64,000 bases of DNA from Lewinellaceae bacterium (GTDB lineage Bacteria > Bacteroidota > Bacteroidia > Chitinophagales > Saprospiraceae): the NCBI GenBank assembly GCA_016708875.1, contig JADJFA010000018.1:28113-92112 (forward strand). The letters are read 5' to 3'. The notes beneath the pieces are model-generated. The model was not told the DNA's origin and made no database searches. It saw only the letters and a program-made list of their open reading frames with translations. Position 1 is the first letter of the stretch. The number at the start of each line of letters is the position of its first letter. Position numbers and translations under genes: made by a program. Positions 1 to 9,174 of this stretch are shown one piece after another.

Positions 1-3000
1 ATGCTGGCTGCGGGCAATGACCTTCCGGTTGGCGACAAGGGTGCTGTATTACTAACGGTGAACGTTGCAAATTGTGGCACTGGTCAGACCGACTTTGTGA
101 ATACGGCTACGACCACAGGCACAGCGCCTGACGGTACCGTGGTTACGGATGTCTCCGTTGACGGGTCTGACCCTGACGGTGTGGATGGCGACAACAACCC
201 GGACGAGAGAGAGCGGCACCCCGGTGTCCATCGCTCCCAACCCGGTTATTGGCCTTGCCAAGCGCAACGTGAAGACCGAACTGCTGGCTGACGGTTCTGC
301 CAATGTAACCTTCGAGTTCAACCTGGAGAACTTCGGCAACGTGAACCTGAACAATCTGACGTTGATCGACGATCTGGCGGCTACCTTCCCTACGACTTGC
401 GCAGTGACGGTGATGAGCCTGACGTCGGATGACTTTATCGTTGATCCTGCCTTCAATGGCACGGGCAACAACAATATGCTGGCTGCGGGCAACGACCTGC
501 CGGTTGGCGACAAGGGTGCGGTACTGCTGACGGTGAACGTGGCAGGTTGTGGCATTGGTCAGACTGACTTTGTGAATACGGCTACGACCATGGGCACAGC
601 GCCTGACGGTACCGTGGTTACGGATATGTCTGTTGACGGATCTGATCCTGACGGCACGGATGGCGACAACAACCCGGATGAGGAGAGTGGTACTCCGGTA
701 TCTATCGATCCAAACCCCGTATTGGGTCTTGCCAAGCGCAACGTGAAGACCGAACTGCTGGCTGACGGTTCTGCCAATGTGACCTTCGAGTTCAACCTGG
801 AGAACTTCGGCAATGTGAACCTGAACAACCTGACGTTGACGGACAATCTGGCCTTGACCTTCCCTGCGACTTGTGCGGTGTCGGTGATGAGCCTGACTTC
901 GGATGACTTTATCGTTGACCCTGCCTTCAATGGTACGGGCAACAACAATATGCTGGCTGCGGGCAATGACCTGCCGGTTGGCGACAAGGGCGCGGTACTG
1001 CTGACGGTAAACGTGGCAGGCTGCGGCATTGGTCAGACCGACTTTGTGAATACGGCTACGACGACAGGCACAGCGCCGGACGGTACCGTGGTTACGGACG
1101 TCTCCGTTGACGGGTCTGACCCTGACGGTGTGGATGGCGACAACAACCCGGACGAGGAGAGTGGTACTCCGGTATCCATCGCTCCAAACCCGGTCCTGGG
1201 TCTTGCCAAGCGCACGGTACAAACGGTGTTAAATGCTGACGGTTCTGCCAATGTGACCTTCGAGTTCAACCTGGAGAACTTCGGCAACGTGAACCTGAAC
1301 AACCTGACCCTGACGGATGATCTGGCCGCAACCTTCCCTGCCACTTGTGCAGTGACGGTGATGAGCCTGACTTCGGACGACTTTATCGTTGACCCTGCCT
1401 TCAATGGCACGGGCAGCAACAATATGCTGGCTGCGGGCAATGACCTGCCGGTCGGCGACAAGGGCGCAGTACTGCTGACGGTAAACGTGGCAGGTTGTGG
1501 CATTGGTCAGACCGACTTTGTGAATACGGCTACGACCACAGGCACAGCGCCTGACGGTACAGTGGTTACGGATGTCTCTGTTGACGGATCTGATCCTGAC
1601 GGCGTGGATGGCGACAACAACCCCGACGAGGAGAGCGGCACCCCGGTGTCCATCGCTCCAAACCCAGTCCTGGGCCTTGCCAAGCGCAACGTGAAGACCG
1701 AACTTCTACCCGACGGTTCTGCGAATGTGACCTTCGAGTTCAACCTGGAGAACTTCGGCAACGTGAACCTGAACAACCTGACCCTGACGGATGATCTGGC
1801 CGCAACCTTCCCTGCCACTTGTGCAGTGACGGTGATGAGCCTGACTTCGGACGACTTTATCGTTGATCCTGCCTTCAATGGCACGGGCAGCAACAATATG
1901 CTGGCTGCGGGCAATGACCTGCCGGTCGGCGACAAGGGCGCGGTACTGCTGACGGTAAACGTGGCAGGTTGTGGCATTGGTCAGACCGACTTTGTCAACA
2001 CGGCTACGACGACAGGCACAGCGCCTGACGGTACCGTGGTTACGGACGTCTCCGTTGACGGATCTGATCCTGACGGCACGGATGGCGACAACAACCCGGA
2101 CGAGGAGAGTGGTACTCCGGTGTCCATTGCTCCAAACCCGGTTATTGGCCTTGCCAAGCGCACGGGACAAACGGTGTTAAATGCCGACGGTTCTGCCAAT
2201 GTGACCTTCGAGTTCAACCTGGAGAACTTTGGCAACGTCAACCTGAACAACCTGACCCTGACGGATGATCTGGCCGCAACCTTCCCTGCCACTTGTGCAG
2301 TGACGGTGATGAGCCTGACTTCGGATGACTTTATCGTTGATCCTGCGTTCAATGGTACGGGTTTGAACAATATGCTGGCTGCGGGCAATGACCTGCCGGT
2401 TGGCGACAAGGGTGCTGTCTTGCTGACGGTAAACGTAGCAGGCTGTGGCATTGGTCAGACCGACTTTGTGAATACGGCTACGACGACGGGCACAGCCCCG
2501 GATGGTACGGTCGTTACGGACGCCTCGGTTGACGGATCTGATCCTGACGGCACGGATGGCGACAACAACCCGGATGAGGAGAGTGGTACTCCGGTATCTA
2601 TCGATCCAAACCCGGTCCTGGGTCTTGCCAAGCGCAACGTGAAGACCGAACTTCTACCTGACGGTTCTGCCAATGTGACCTTCGAGTTCAACCTGGAGAA
2701 CTTCGGCAATGTGAACCTGAACAACCTGACGTTGATCGACGATCTGGCAGCCACCTTCCCTGCGACTTGTGCAGTGACGGTGATGAGCCTGACTTCGGAC
2801 GACTTTATCGTTGATCCTGCCTTCAATGGTACGGGCAACAACAATATGCTGGCTGCGGGCAATGACCTTCCGGTTGGCGACAAGGGCGCGGTCTTGCTGA
2901 CGGTAAACGTGGCGGGCTGCGGTGTGGGCCAAACGGACTTTGTGAACACGGCTACGACCATGGGCACAGCGCCTGATGGTACCGTGGTTACGGATGTGTC

Positions 3001-4471
3001 TGTTGACGGAGCTGATCCTGACGGCGTGGATGGCGACAACAACCCGGATGAGGAGAGTGGCACCCCGGTGTCTATCGATCCAAACCCGGTCCTGGGTCTT
3101 GCCAAGCGCACGGTAAAAACCGAATTACATGCCGACGGTTCTGCCAATGTGACCTTCGAGTTCAACCTGGAGAACTTCGGCAATGTGAACCTGAACAACC
3201 TGACGTTGATCGACGATCTGGCCGCCACCTTCCCTGCTACTTGTGCAGTGACGGTGATGAGCCTGACTTCGGACGACTTTATCGTTGATCCTGCGTTCAA
3301 TGGTACGGGCAACAACAATATGCTGGCTGCGGGCAATGACCTGCCGGTTGGCGACAAGGGCGCGGTACTGCTGACAGTAAACGTAGCAGGTTGCGGCATT
3401 GGTCAGACGGACTTTGTGAACACGGCTACGACCATGGGCACAGCGCCTGATGGTACCGTGGTTACGGATGTGTCTGTTGACGGAGCTGATCCTGACGGCA
3501 CGGATGGCGACAACAACCCGGACGAGGAGAGCGGCACCCCGGTGTCCATCGCTCCAAACCCGGTTATTGGCCTTGCCAAGCGCACGGTACAAACGGTGTT
3601 AAATCCTGATGGTTCTGCGAATGTGACCTTCGAGTTCAACCTGGAGAACTTCGGCAACGTGAACCTGAACAACCTGACTTTGACGGACGATCTGGCCTCA
3701 ACCTTCCCTGCGACTTGTGCAGTGACGGTGATGAGCCTGACTTCGGATGACTTTATCGTTGACCCTGCCTTCAATGGTACGGGCAACAACAATATGCTGG
3801 CTGCGGGTAATGACCTTCCGGCTGGCGACAAGGGTGCGGTACTGCTGACGGTAAACGTTGCGGGCTGCGGTGTGGGTCAAACGGACTTTGTCAATACGGC
3901 TACGACCACGGGCACAGCGCCTGACGGTACGGTCGTTACGGACGTCTCCGTTGACGGGTCTGACCCTGACGGCACGGATGGCGACAACAACCCCGACGAG
4001 GAGAGCGGCACCCCGGTGTCCATCGCTCCCAACCCGGTTATTGGTTTAGCGAAGCGAACTGTCCAGGTTCAAACCCTTCCCAACGGAAGTGTAGATGTGA
4101 CCTTCGAGTTCAACCTGGAAAATCTAGGCAATGTCAATATCAATGACTTAGAGGTAATTGATGATTTGGTTTTGGCTTTCCCGGCGACTTGTGTGATCTC
4201 GGTCCAAAGCCTGACTTCGGACGACTTTATCGTTGACCCTGCCTTCAATGGCACGGGCAACAACAATATGCTGGCTGCGGGCAATGACCTTCCAGTAGGA
4301 GACAAGGGGGCCATATTGTTGACGATCAACCTATTGAATTGTGGCCCGAACCAAATAATGTTCACCAACCAAGCCACAGTAAACGGTACTGCGCCTGACG
4401 GCACTTCTGTTTCAGATCCCTCTGATAATGGGAGTGACCCTGATCCTGACGGTGATGGTAATCCTAATGAA
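1..4471 (+). repeat. 474-bp (158-aa) coding tandem repeat array. It comprises 1 partial unit, 8 near-identical units and 1 diverged terminal unit.
   Basis: The unit boundary motif 'gac gag gag agY ggY acY ccg gtR tcY atc' recurs at 206, 680, 1154, 1628, 2102, 2576, 3050, 3524 and 3998, an exact 474-bp period. The antisense ORFs 'MPQPATFTVSS...' repeat with the same period. The unit starting at 3998 is clearly diverged ('VQVQTLPNGSVDVTFEFNLENLGNVNINDLEVIDD'). Confidence 0.95.
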
Positions 4472-4915
4472 ACAGGAGAGAATGATCCGACCCCGGTTGA
4501 TATCAACTGCCTGTTGCCACAGACCTATGCGATAACGCTGAAAACCTGTGCTTTGGGACAAGGCATGTTGATGGGAGATTTCAATTTTGCAGTGCTTCAT
4601 GCGGCAGAATTGGTTACGACTAACACGTTCAATGGTCCGGTTCCGACCGGTATTATTGTAACTTTCCATAATTCACTGGAAGATGCCAATACAAACCAGA
4701 ACCCTCTGCCGAATATTTATAACAGCCAAACGGCTAATATTTGGGCACGTATTCAGCGTAATTCTAATCCGGCATGTTACTCTATTGATGTAATACAGTT
4801 GATTGTCAATCCGTTGCCAATCTTGTTGTTGAACAAAACAGACGAAACATGCTCTGCGTCCAATGATGGTACGGCGAGTGTATTCGTAACAAACACCCAA
4901 GGGGCTTCACCGTGA
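149..4915 (+). CDS. Adhesin fragment: DUF11/CARDB-like 158-aa repeats, a linker and the start of a SprB-type repeat.
   Basis: 1588-aa ORF. Repeat unit: 'ESGTPVSIAPNPVLGLAKR..DGSANVTFEFNLENFGNVNLNNLTLTDDLAATFPATCAVTVMSLTSDDFIVDPAFNGTG.NNMLAAGNDLPVGDKGAVLLTVNVAGCGIGQTDFVNTATTTGTAPDGTVVTDVSVDGSDPDG.DGDNNPDE'. Upstream of ~208 the same repeat continues in frame 1 (ORF 1..291). Confidence 0.8.
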   Translation: MSPLTGLTLTVWMATTTRTRESGTPVSIAPNPVIGLAKRNVKTELLADGSANVTFEFNLENFGNVNLNNLTLIDDLAATFPTTCAVTVMSLTSDDFIVDPAFNGTGNNNMLAAGNDLPVGDKGAVLLTVNVAGCGIGQTDFVNTATTMGTAPDGTVVTDMSVDGSDPDGTDGDNNPDEESGTPVSIDPNPVLGLAKRNVKTELLADGSANVTFEFNLENFGNVNLNNLTLTDNLALTFPATCAVSVMSLTSDDFIVDPAFNGTGNNNMLAAGNDLPVGDKGAVLLTVNVAGCGIGQTDFVNTATTTGTAPDGTVVTDVSVDGSDPDGVDGDNNPDEESGTPVSIAPNPVLGLAKRTVQTVLNADGSANVTFEFNLENFGNVNLNNLTLTDDLAATFPATCAVTVMSLTSDDFIVDPAFNGTGSNNMLAAGNDLPVGDKGAVLLTVNVAGCGIGQTDFVNTATTTGTAPDGTVVTDVSVDGSDPDGVDGDNNPDEESGTPVSIAPNPVLGLAKRNVKTELLPDGSANVTFEFNLENFGNVNLNNLTLTDDLAATFPATCAVTVMSLTSDDFIVDPAFNGTGSNNMLAAGNDLPVGDKGAVLLTVNVAGCGIGQTDFVNTATTTGTAPDGTVVTDVSVDGSDPDGTDGDNNPDEESGTPVSIAPNPVIGLAKRTGQTVLNADGSANVTFEFNLENFGNVNLNNLTLTDDLAATFPATCAVTVMSLTSDDFIVDPAFNGTGLNNMLAAGNDLPVGDKGAVLLTVNVAGCGIGQTDFVNTATTTGTAPDGTVVTDASVDGSDPDGTDGDNNPDEESGTPVSIDPNPVLGLAKRNVKTELLPDGSANVTFEFNLENFGNVNLNNLTLIDDLAATFPATCAVTVMSLTSDDFIVDPAFNGTGNNNMLAAGNDLPVGDKGAVLLTVNVAGCGVGQTDFVNTATTMGTAPDGTVVTDVSVDGADPDGVDGDNNPDEESGTPVSIDPNPVLGLAKRTVKTELHADGSANVTFEFNLENFGNVNLNNLTLIDDLAATFPATCAVTVMSLTSDDFIVDPAFNGTGNNNMLAAGNDLPVGDKGAVLLTVNVAGCGIGQTDFVNTATTMGTAPDGTVVTDVSVDGADPDGTDGDNNPDEESGTPVSIAPNPVIGLAKRTVQTVLNPDGSANVTFEFNLENFGNVNLNNLTLTDDLASTFPATCAVTVMSLTSDDFIVDPAFNGTGNNNMLAAGNDLPAGDKGAVLLTVNVAGCGVGQTDFVNTATTTGTAPDGTVVTDVSVDGSDPDGTDGDNNPDEESGTPVSIAPNPVIGLAKRTVQVQTLPNGSVDVTFEFNLENLGNVNINDLEVIDDLVLAFPATCVISVQSLTSDDFIVDPAFNGTGNNNMLAAGNDLPVGDKGAILLTINLLNCGPNQIMFTNQATVNGTAPDGTSVSDPSDNGSDPDPDGDGNPNETGENDPTPVDINCLLPQTYAITLKTCALGQGMLMGDFNFAVLHAAELVTTNTFNGPVPTGIIVTFHNSLEDANTNQNPLPNIYNSQTANIWARIQRNSNPACYSIDVIQLIVNPLPILLLNKTDETCSASNDGTASVFVTNTQGASP

Positions 4916-6255
4916 CAGTAACGGATGGCAATGGCTGCTCCAGCACTGGTTCCGTAACCGTAGCAGAAGGACCTGTGCTGACGATGGTTGTGATTCCTAA
5001 TATCGGCCCATTGTGCCCAGGCCAGAAGACGATTCAGCCAACACTATTGTCCAGTACGCCATTTAATCCGAATACAGTTTATACCTGGAGTGGTGGGGCT
5101 TTTGCTGGTTTGCCCAATGGCAGCTCAACAGGCTTGAACCCTGTAATTCCTGGATTTGATGCTACGACGATTGAGGGGGTCTATACGGTAACGGTAACGG
5201 CAACTCTTGGCACATTGCCAAACCAGTGCTCTGCGACTACCATGTTTACCATTACAATCAATGATGCGGCGCCACCATTGTTTGACAATTGTCCGACAAC
5301 CATGGTTATGATCGGCAACGATCCGGATCAGTGCAGTGGCAAGTTGAACTGGACTAAGCCGACGGCTACAGATGCGTGTGCTATATTTGTCAATGTTATA
5401 CAAACTGGTGGTCCGTTATCCGGAACGGTAGTTCCGATTACCTGCCCGCCAACACCACAGACCATTACCTACACAGCGAATGACGGCAATGGCAATATCT
5501 CTACCTGTACTTTCCAGATAATGGTAGTTGATACGGAGAAACCAGAGTTTGATGCGGATATTTTAATGCCAGGTAATGTCACAGTGGAATGCGATGCAGT
5601 TCCAACCAACTGTATCCCACGGACTGGAGGCGCTTGTACGCCATTAACCAATGATGATGTGAATGACAATTGTACGGCTCCTGCAGATCTGGAGGTTGAT
5701 TTCAATGAAGTCAGCACACAGAATCCAGATCCGGCAAATTGTGGGCATTACAATTACATGATCACCAGAACCTGGACAATTACAGACTGCGCGGGCAACG
5801 AGTTGGTTCATGTTCAGAAAATCACGGTACAGGATACCAAGGCGCCCACTGCATTGTGTAAAAACGCAACGGCGACATTGGACAAAAACGGCAAGTATAC
5901 CTTAAGTCCGTTTGACGTTGACAATGGGTCTTTTGACAATTGTGCACCTACAGCTAATCTGACTTTCAGTGTTATGCCAGTCAATGGAACCGGTAATCCA
6001 CCGCTGTCCTGTGCAAACCTGGGCCCAAATTTGATCATCCTCACCGTTTCGGATCCTTGTGGCAAATGCAGCAACCTGCACAGCCGTAGTAACGGTGGTA
6101 GAAGGAATTGCACCCTGTGTGCCGGAGATTCAGGTGGAAACCAGCTGTATGGGCATGAACAACATGGGCAATGCCACAACAATGGAAAATGGTCAGTTCA
6201 TGGATCTCATCACCATCAAGTCGCTGGCGATGATGACCTGGAAAATTACCGTTAA
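4912..6255 (+). CDS. Adhesin fragment (SprB-type repeat end, HYR domains).
   Basis: Starts 'VTVTDGNGCSSTGSVTV', and the upstream frame-1 context 'GFTVTVTD' continues the preceding ORF if the G4 run at 4901-4904 is read as G5. The real coding part ends near 6066, where the A-run 'ggcaaatgc' shifts to the next fragment. Confidence 0.7.
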   Translation: MTVTDGNGCSSTGSVTVAEGPVLTMVVIPNIGPLCPGQKTIQPTLLSSTPFNPNTVYTWSGGAFAGLPNGSSTGLNPVIPGFDATTIEGVYTVTVTATLGTLPNQCSATTMFTITINDAAPPLFDNCPTTMVMIGNDPDQCSGKLNWTKPTATDACAIFVNVIQTGGPLSGTVVPITCPPTPQTITYTANDGNGNISTCTFQIMVVDTEKPEFDADILMPGNVTVECDAVPTNCIPRTGGACTPLTNDDVNDNCTAPADLEVDFNEVSTQNPDPANCGHYNYMITRTWTITDCAGNELVHVQKITVQDTKAPTALCKNATATLDKNGKYTLSPFDVDNGSFDNCAPTANLTFSVMPVNGTGNPPLSCANLGPNLIILTVSDPCGKCSNLHSRSNGGRRNCTLCAGDSGGNQLYGHEQHGQCHNNGKWSVHGSHHHQVAGDDDLENYR

Positions 6256-6829
6256 TGTCACCAGCAATGGTCAGGGCTTATATAACATCAATAGCCCAAC
6301 ACCGCCTACAGCACCTGTTCTACTCCCGATAGGTACCACCTTCATTGCTGGAACTGCTGACGGCATTGACAACGATGGAGATGGGCTTATGGATGAAGCA
6401 GATGAGATGATCTACTACACCTTGAAAGTGCTTCATGTGGATTGCCAAGGGTATGACATAACGGTTAGCAACGCAGGGGGAATAGGTATGGGCAGCCTCG
6501 CATCATTCCATATCCAGAACAAGGCATGCTACCCTACACCTTATTTCTGTAACACAGAGGATGTATTCTGCCCTTGCACCACGTTCGACATTGAAGTGTG
6601 TGAATATAACAATGCTGCAGGCTCTGTGGTGCCAGGTTCCATCATGGTGGATGGAGTTCCGACTACCGTTTTCGATGCCGGCGCTTTGGGCGTTGGCCCA
6701 CATACGATTATGGCAACGTTTGACGCAGGAATAGCCACGACTAATCTGGTAATTAACGGTGTGCAATTGGGTGGAACCATGCAAGATGCACTTAACGACC
6801 CAGGCTGCAAGCAAAGATTACGAAGGTAG
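6059..6829 (+). CDS. Adhesin fragment.
   Basis: 'NAATCTAVVTVVEGIAPCVPEIQ...' continues 'LTVSDPCG' of the previous fragment. It ends at an A-run (~6812-6815), where frame 1 continues '(K)ITKVVNIVPTPNTLICND'. Confidence 0.65.
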   Translation: MANAATCTAVVTVVEGIAPCVPEIQVETSCMGMNNMGNATTMENGQFMDLITIKSLAMMTWKITVNVTSNGQGLYNINSPTPPTAPVLLPIGTTFIAGTADGIDNDGDGLMDEADEMIYYTLKVLHVDCQGYDITVSNAGGIGMGSLASFHIQNKACYPTPYFCNTEDVFCPCTTFDIEVCEYNNAAGSVVPGSIMVDGVPTTVFDAGALGVGPHTIMATFDAGIATTNLVINGVQLGGTMQDALNDPGCKQRLRR

Positions 6830-7107
6830 TCAATATTGTTCCGACTCCTAATACGCTGATTTGCAATGACCTGGTTTATGTTTCCATGGACGAGGACTGC
6901 AAAGTGACCCTTGGGGCTGACGATGTGCTTGAAGGCACCTATTTCTGTTATGATGATTATGTGGTCGAGGTGGATAAAACCGCTCCATTCGGCAATGGCC
7001 CATGGGAAATGCCCATGTTTGGTCCTGCTGATATTGGCAAGACTTATTTCTACCATGTGCTTCATGATTGTGGCGGGCCCAATACTTGCTGGGGAGGTAA
7101 AGATTGA
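6796..7107 (+). CDS. Adhesin fragment.
   Basis: Frame 1 is open from 6796: '...TKVVNIVPTPNTLICNDLVYVSMDEDCKVTLGADDVLEGTYFCYDDYVVEVDKTAPFGNGPW...NTCWG'. The G-run at ~7093-7096 shifts to the next fragment. Confidence 0.6.
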   Translation, partial: RPRLQAKITKVVNIVPTPNTLICNDLVYVSMDEDCKVTLGADDVLEGTYFCYDDYVVEVDKTAPFGNGPWEMPMFGPADIGKTYFYHVLHDCGGPNTCWGGKD

Positions 7108-7573
7108 GGATAAATTGGCTCCTAAACTCCATTGCACGATAGACATCACCATTGCTTGCAGTGAACCAGTCGATGTTTCGTATACCGGCAACGTTGTTGT
7201 GACCGATTGCAGTGCTTATACGACTGTAATTGACGATGTATTCGCAGATTTTGGAGAATGTGGAAGCCCTCGGGGTCAGTTTTTACGCACCTGGATTGTC
7301 ACGGACATTTGGGGTAACCAGTCTTCCTGCTCGCAACTTATCACAATCACGAAGTTTGAACTGGCAAGTGTGGTCATGCCGGTTGATATAACAGTCAACT
7401 GTGAAGATTTACACTTGAACCTTTCTGCGATCCAACCCGATGCAACCGGACGTCCAAGCATTAATGGAGCACCTATCGGAAATGGAGGTTATTGTTCTGC
7501 ATCCATTTCCACACAGACGAAAAGTTCGACATCTGTGCCGGAAGTTACTCTATACATCGAACCTGGAAGGTAA
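6911..7573 (+). CDS. Adhesin fragment (HYR-like). Only the part from ~7095 onward is likely genuine.
   Basis: 'EVKIEDKLAPKLHCTIDITIACSEPVDVSYTGNVVVTDCSAYTT...RGQFLRTWIVTDIWGNQSSCSQLITI' has the HYR-type pattern (C..T.TD..GN...C.Q.ITV). Confidence 0.6.
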   Translation: MGLTMCLKAPISVMMIMWSRWIKPLHSAMAHGKCPCLVLLILARLISTMCFMIVAGPILAGEVKIEDKLAPKLHCTIDITIACSEPVDVSYTGNVVVTDCSAYTTVIDDVFADFGECGSPRGQFLRTWIVTDIWGNQSSCSQLITITKFELASVVMPVDITVNCEDLHLNLSAIQPDATGRPSINGAPIGNGGYCSASISTQTKSSTSVPEVTLYIEPGR

Positions 7574-9174
7574 GCAACGAGTGTCTACTACTGGGAAATG
7601 GCAATCCGATCATTCACACCCAACGAATTCGTGTTAAAGACTTTGGTGGTCCAGCATTTGATTGCCCCGCAACGGTAACGGTTTCTACAGATCCGTTTAC
7701 TTGCTGCGCCACGGCTGCGCTTCCAAGCATGATTGTCTCCGAAGGCTGTTCTTTTATAAGTGGCTTGGAAGCCAAAGTGACGGGGATAAATCCGAACAAC
7801 GGCAATGTTATTACATTCACTGTGCCTGGCCATCTTGAGGATTTTGCAGGTAATAATTGGTGGAATCCAGACACTTTAGCTGTCTTTAATTACACACAGT
7901 GTATGCCAATAGGTGAATATACGGTCCAGTACAAAGCGCAAGATCAGTGCAGCAACATCTCATACTGCAGTTTCCTTTTGAGAGTGGAGGACTTGGTGCC
8001 CCCAGCCGTTTCTTGCGACCAGTTCACTCAAGTGGCTCTGACGGTTGACGGTATGGCAATTGTCAATGCTTCAACCTTCGACGACGGCTCGACGGACAAC
8101 TGCTGCCTCGACCGTTTCGAGGTACGCCGCATGAATGCGAACCCTTGTTCAGACGACCAGTTCGACACAACGGTCAAATTCTGCTGCTCCGACATCGGCG
8201 ACACAGTCATGGTCGTGTTCCGTGCATGGGACTGCCACGACAACTACAACGACTGCATGGTGTCCGTTCTGGTGGAGGACAAAATCAAGCCGACTTGCAA
8301 CCCGCCAGCACAAGTAGCAGTGAACTGCGAGAACTTCGATCCAAGCCTCTGGGCTTATGGTTTTGCTACTGGCACCGACAACTGCTGTCTGGACACGATC
8401 ACGCACACTGCGAACTATACCCTGTTCGACACGGTGTGTAACCGCGGCACGATCACACGGACTTTCCGCAGTTTTGACTGCGCGAACAACTCCGCCCAGT
8501 GCACGCAACGCGTCATCGTGTCGTACCTACAGGACTACTTCGTGAAATTCCCGAACGATGCGATCGTGACGGAATGCGACGGAACGGGCCTTTACCAGGA
8601 GCCGATCTTCTTCGGCGAAGATTGCGAACTCTTGGGCGTCAGCTTTGCCGATGAAATCTTCACAGTAGTGCCCGACGCTTGCTTCAAGATTGAGCGGACC
8701 TGGAGCATCATCAACTGGTGTACGTTCAACCCGAACCTGGACTTCATATACGTTCCGAACCCGAACCCGAACGCGATCACGAATCACCCGACGAACCTTG
8801 CAGGCCCGACCGTGTCTGAGTGCGGAACCTTGGCCCCATGGGCGCCGACGGTGGTGCGGATCAATCCTTCGGATCCGACAACGACGAACTTCTGTACGTT
8901 CTGGGACGCGGACGCAAACGGCTACCGGTACAAACAGATCATCAAGATCATTGACGGTCAAAAGCCCACGGGTACGTACGTGACGCCGGCCTGCGACAAC
9001 CAGAACTGGACGACGCCAAACAGCGACCTGCTGTGGAACGAGATGTACTGGTGGGACAACGGCATCCAGACACATGACCTGTGCGAGGAGCCAACCGAAG
9101 CTTTGCATCACGGGCACAGACGCTTGCTCTGGCGCGAACATCAACATCGAGTACCTGTTGTTCCTCGACCTTGA
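7492..9174 (+). CDS. Adhesin fragment (HYR-like Cys-rich domains).
   Basis: 560-aa ORF. 'FDICAGSYSIHRTWKVSNEC', 'CCLDRFEVRRMNANPCSD...VVFRAWDCHDNYNDCMVSVLVEDKIKPTC' and 'CNRGTITRTFRSFDCANNSAQCTQRVIV' are recurring modules. Confidence 0.7.
   Translation: MFCIHFHTDEKFDICAGSYSIHRTWKVSNECLLLGNGNPIIHTQRIRVKDFGGPAFDCPATVTVSTDPFTCCATAALPSMIVSEGCSFISGLEAKVTGINPNNGNVITFTVPGHLEDFAGNNWWNPDTLAVFNYTQCMPIGEYTVQYKAQDQCSNISYCSFLLRVEDLVPPAVSCDQFTQVALTVDGMAIVNASTFDDGSTDNCCLDRFEVRRMNANPCSDDQFDTTVKFCCSDIGDTVMVVFRAWDCHDNYNDCMVSVLVEDKIKPTCNPPAQVAVNCENFDPSLWAYGFATGTDNCCLDTITHTANYTLFDTVCNRGTITRTFRSFDCANNSAQCTQRVIVSYLQDYFVKFPNDAIVTECDGTGLYQEPIFFGEDCELLGVSFADEIFTVVPDACFKIERTWSIINWCTFNPNLDFIYVPNPNPNAITNHPTNLAGPTVSECGTLAPWAPTVVRINPSDPTTTNFCTFWDADANGYRYKQIIKIIDGQKPTGTYVTPACDNQNWTTPNSDLLWNEMYWWDNGIQTHDLCEEPTEALHHGHRRLLWREHQHRVPVVPRP

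Noticed and set aside
1-4471. Possible CRISPR array, given the regular repeats.
   Set aside because: The period is 474 bp with no unique spacers. The units are contiguous, coding and near-identical over their full length. No cas genes are present. The intergenic hairpins are likewise single palindromes, not repeat-spacer arrays.
52-4506. A series of 140-360-aa antisense ORFs in the tandem array ('MPQPATFTVSSTAPLSPTGRSLPAAS...', 'MYRALGKTQDRVW...').
   Set aside because: They repeat with the same 474-bp period only because the sense-strand repeat lacks stops in those frames. Their composition is low-complexity (P/S/T/R-rich), and the sense strand has clear domain content.
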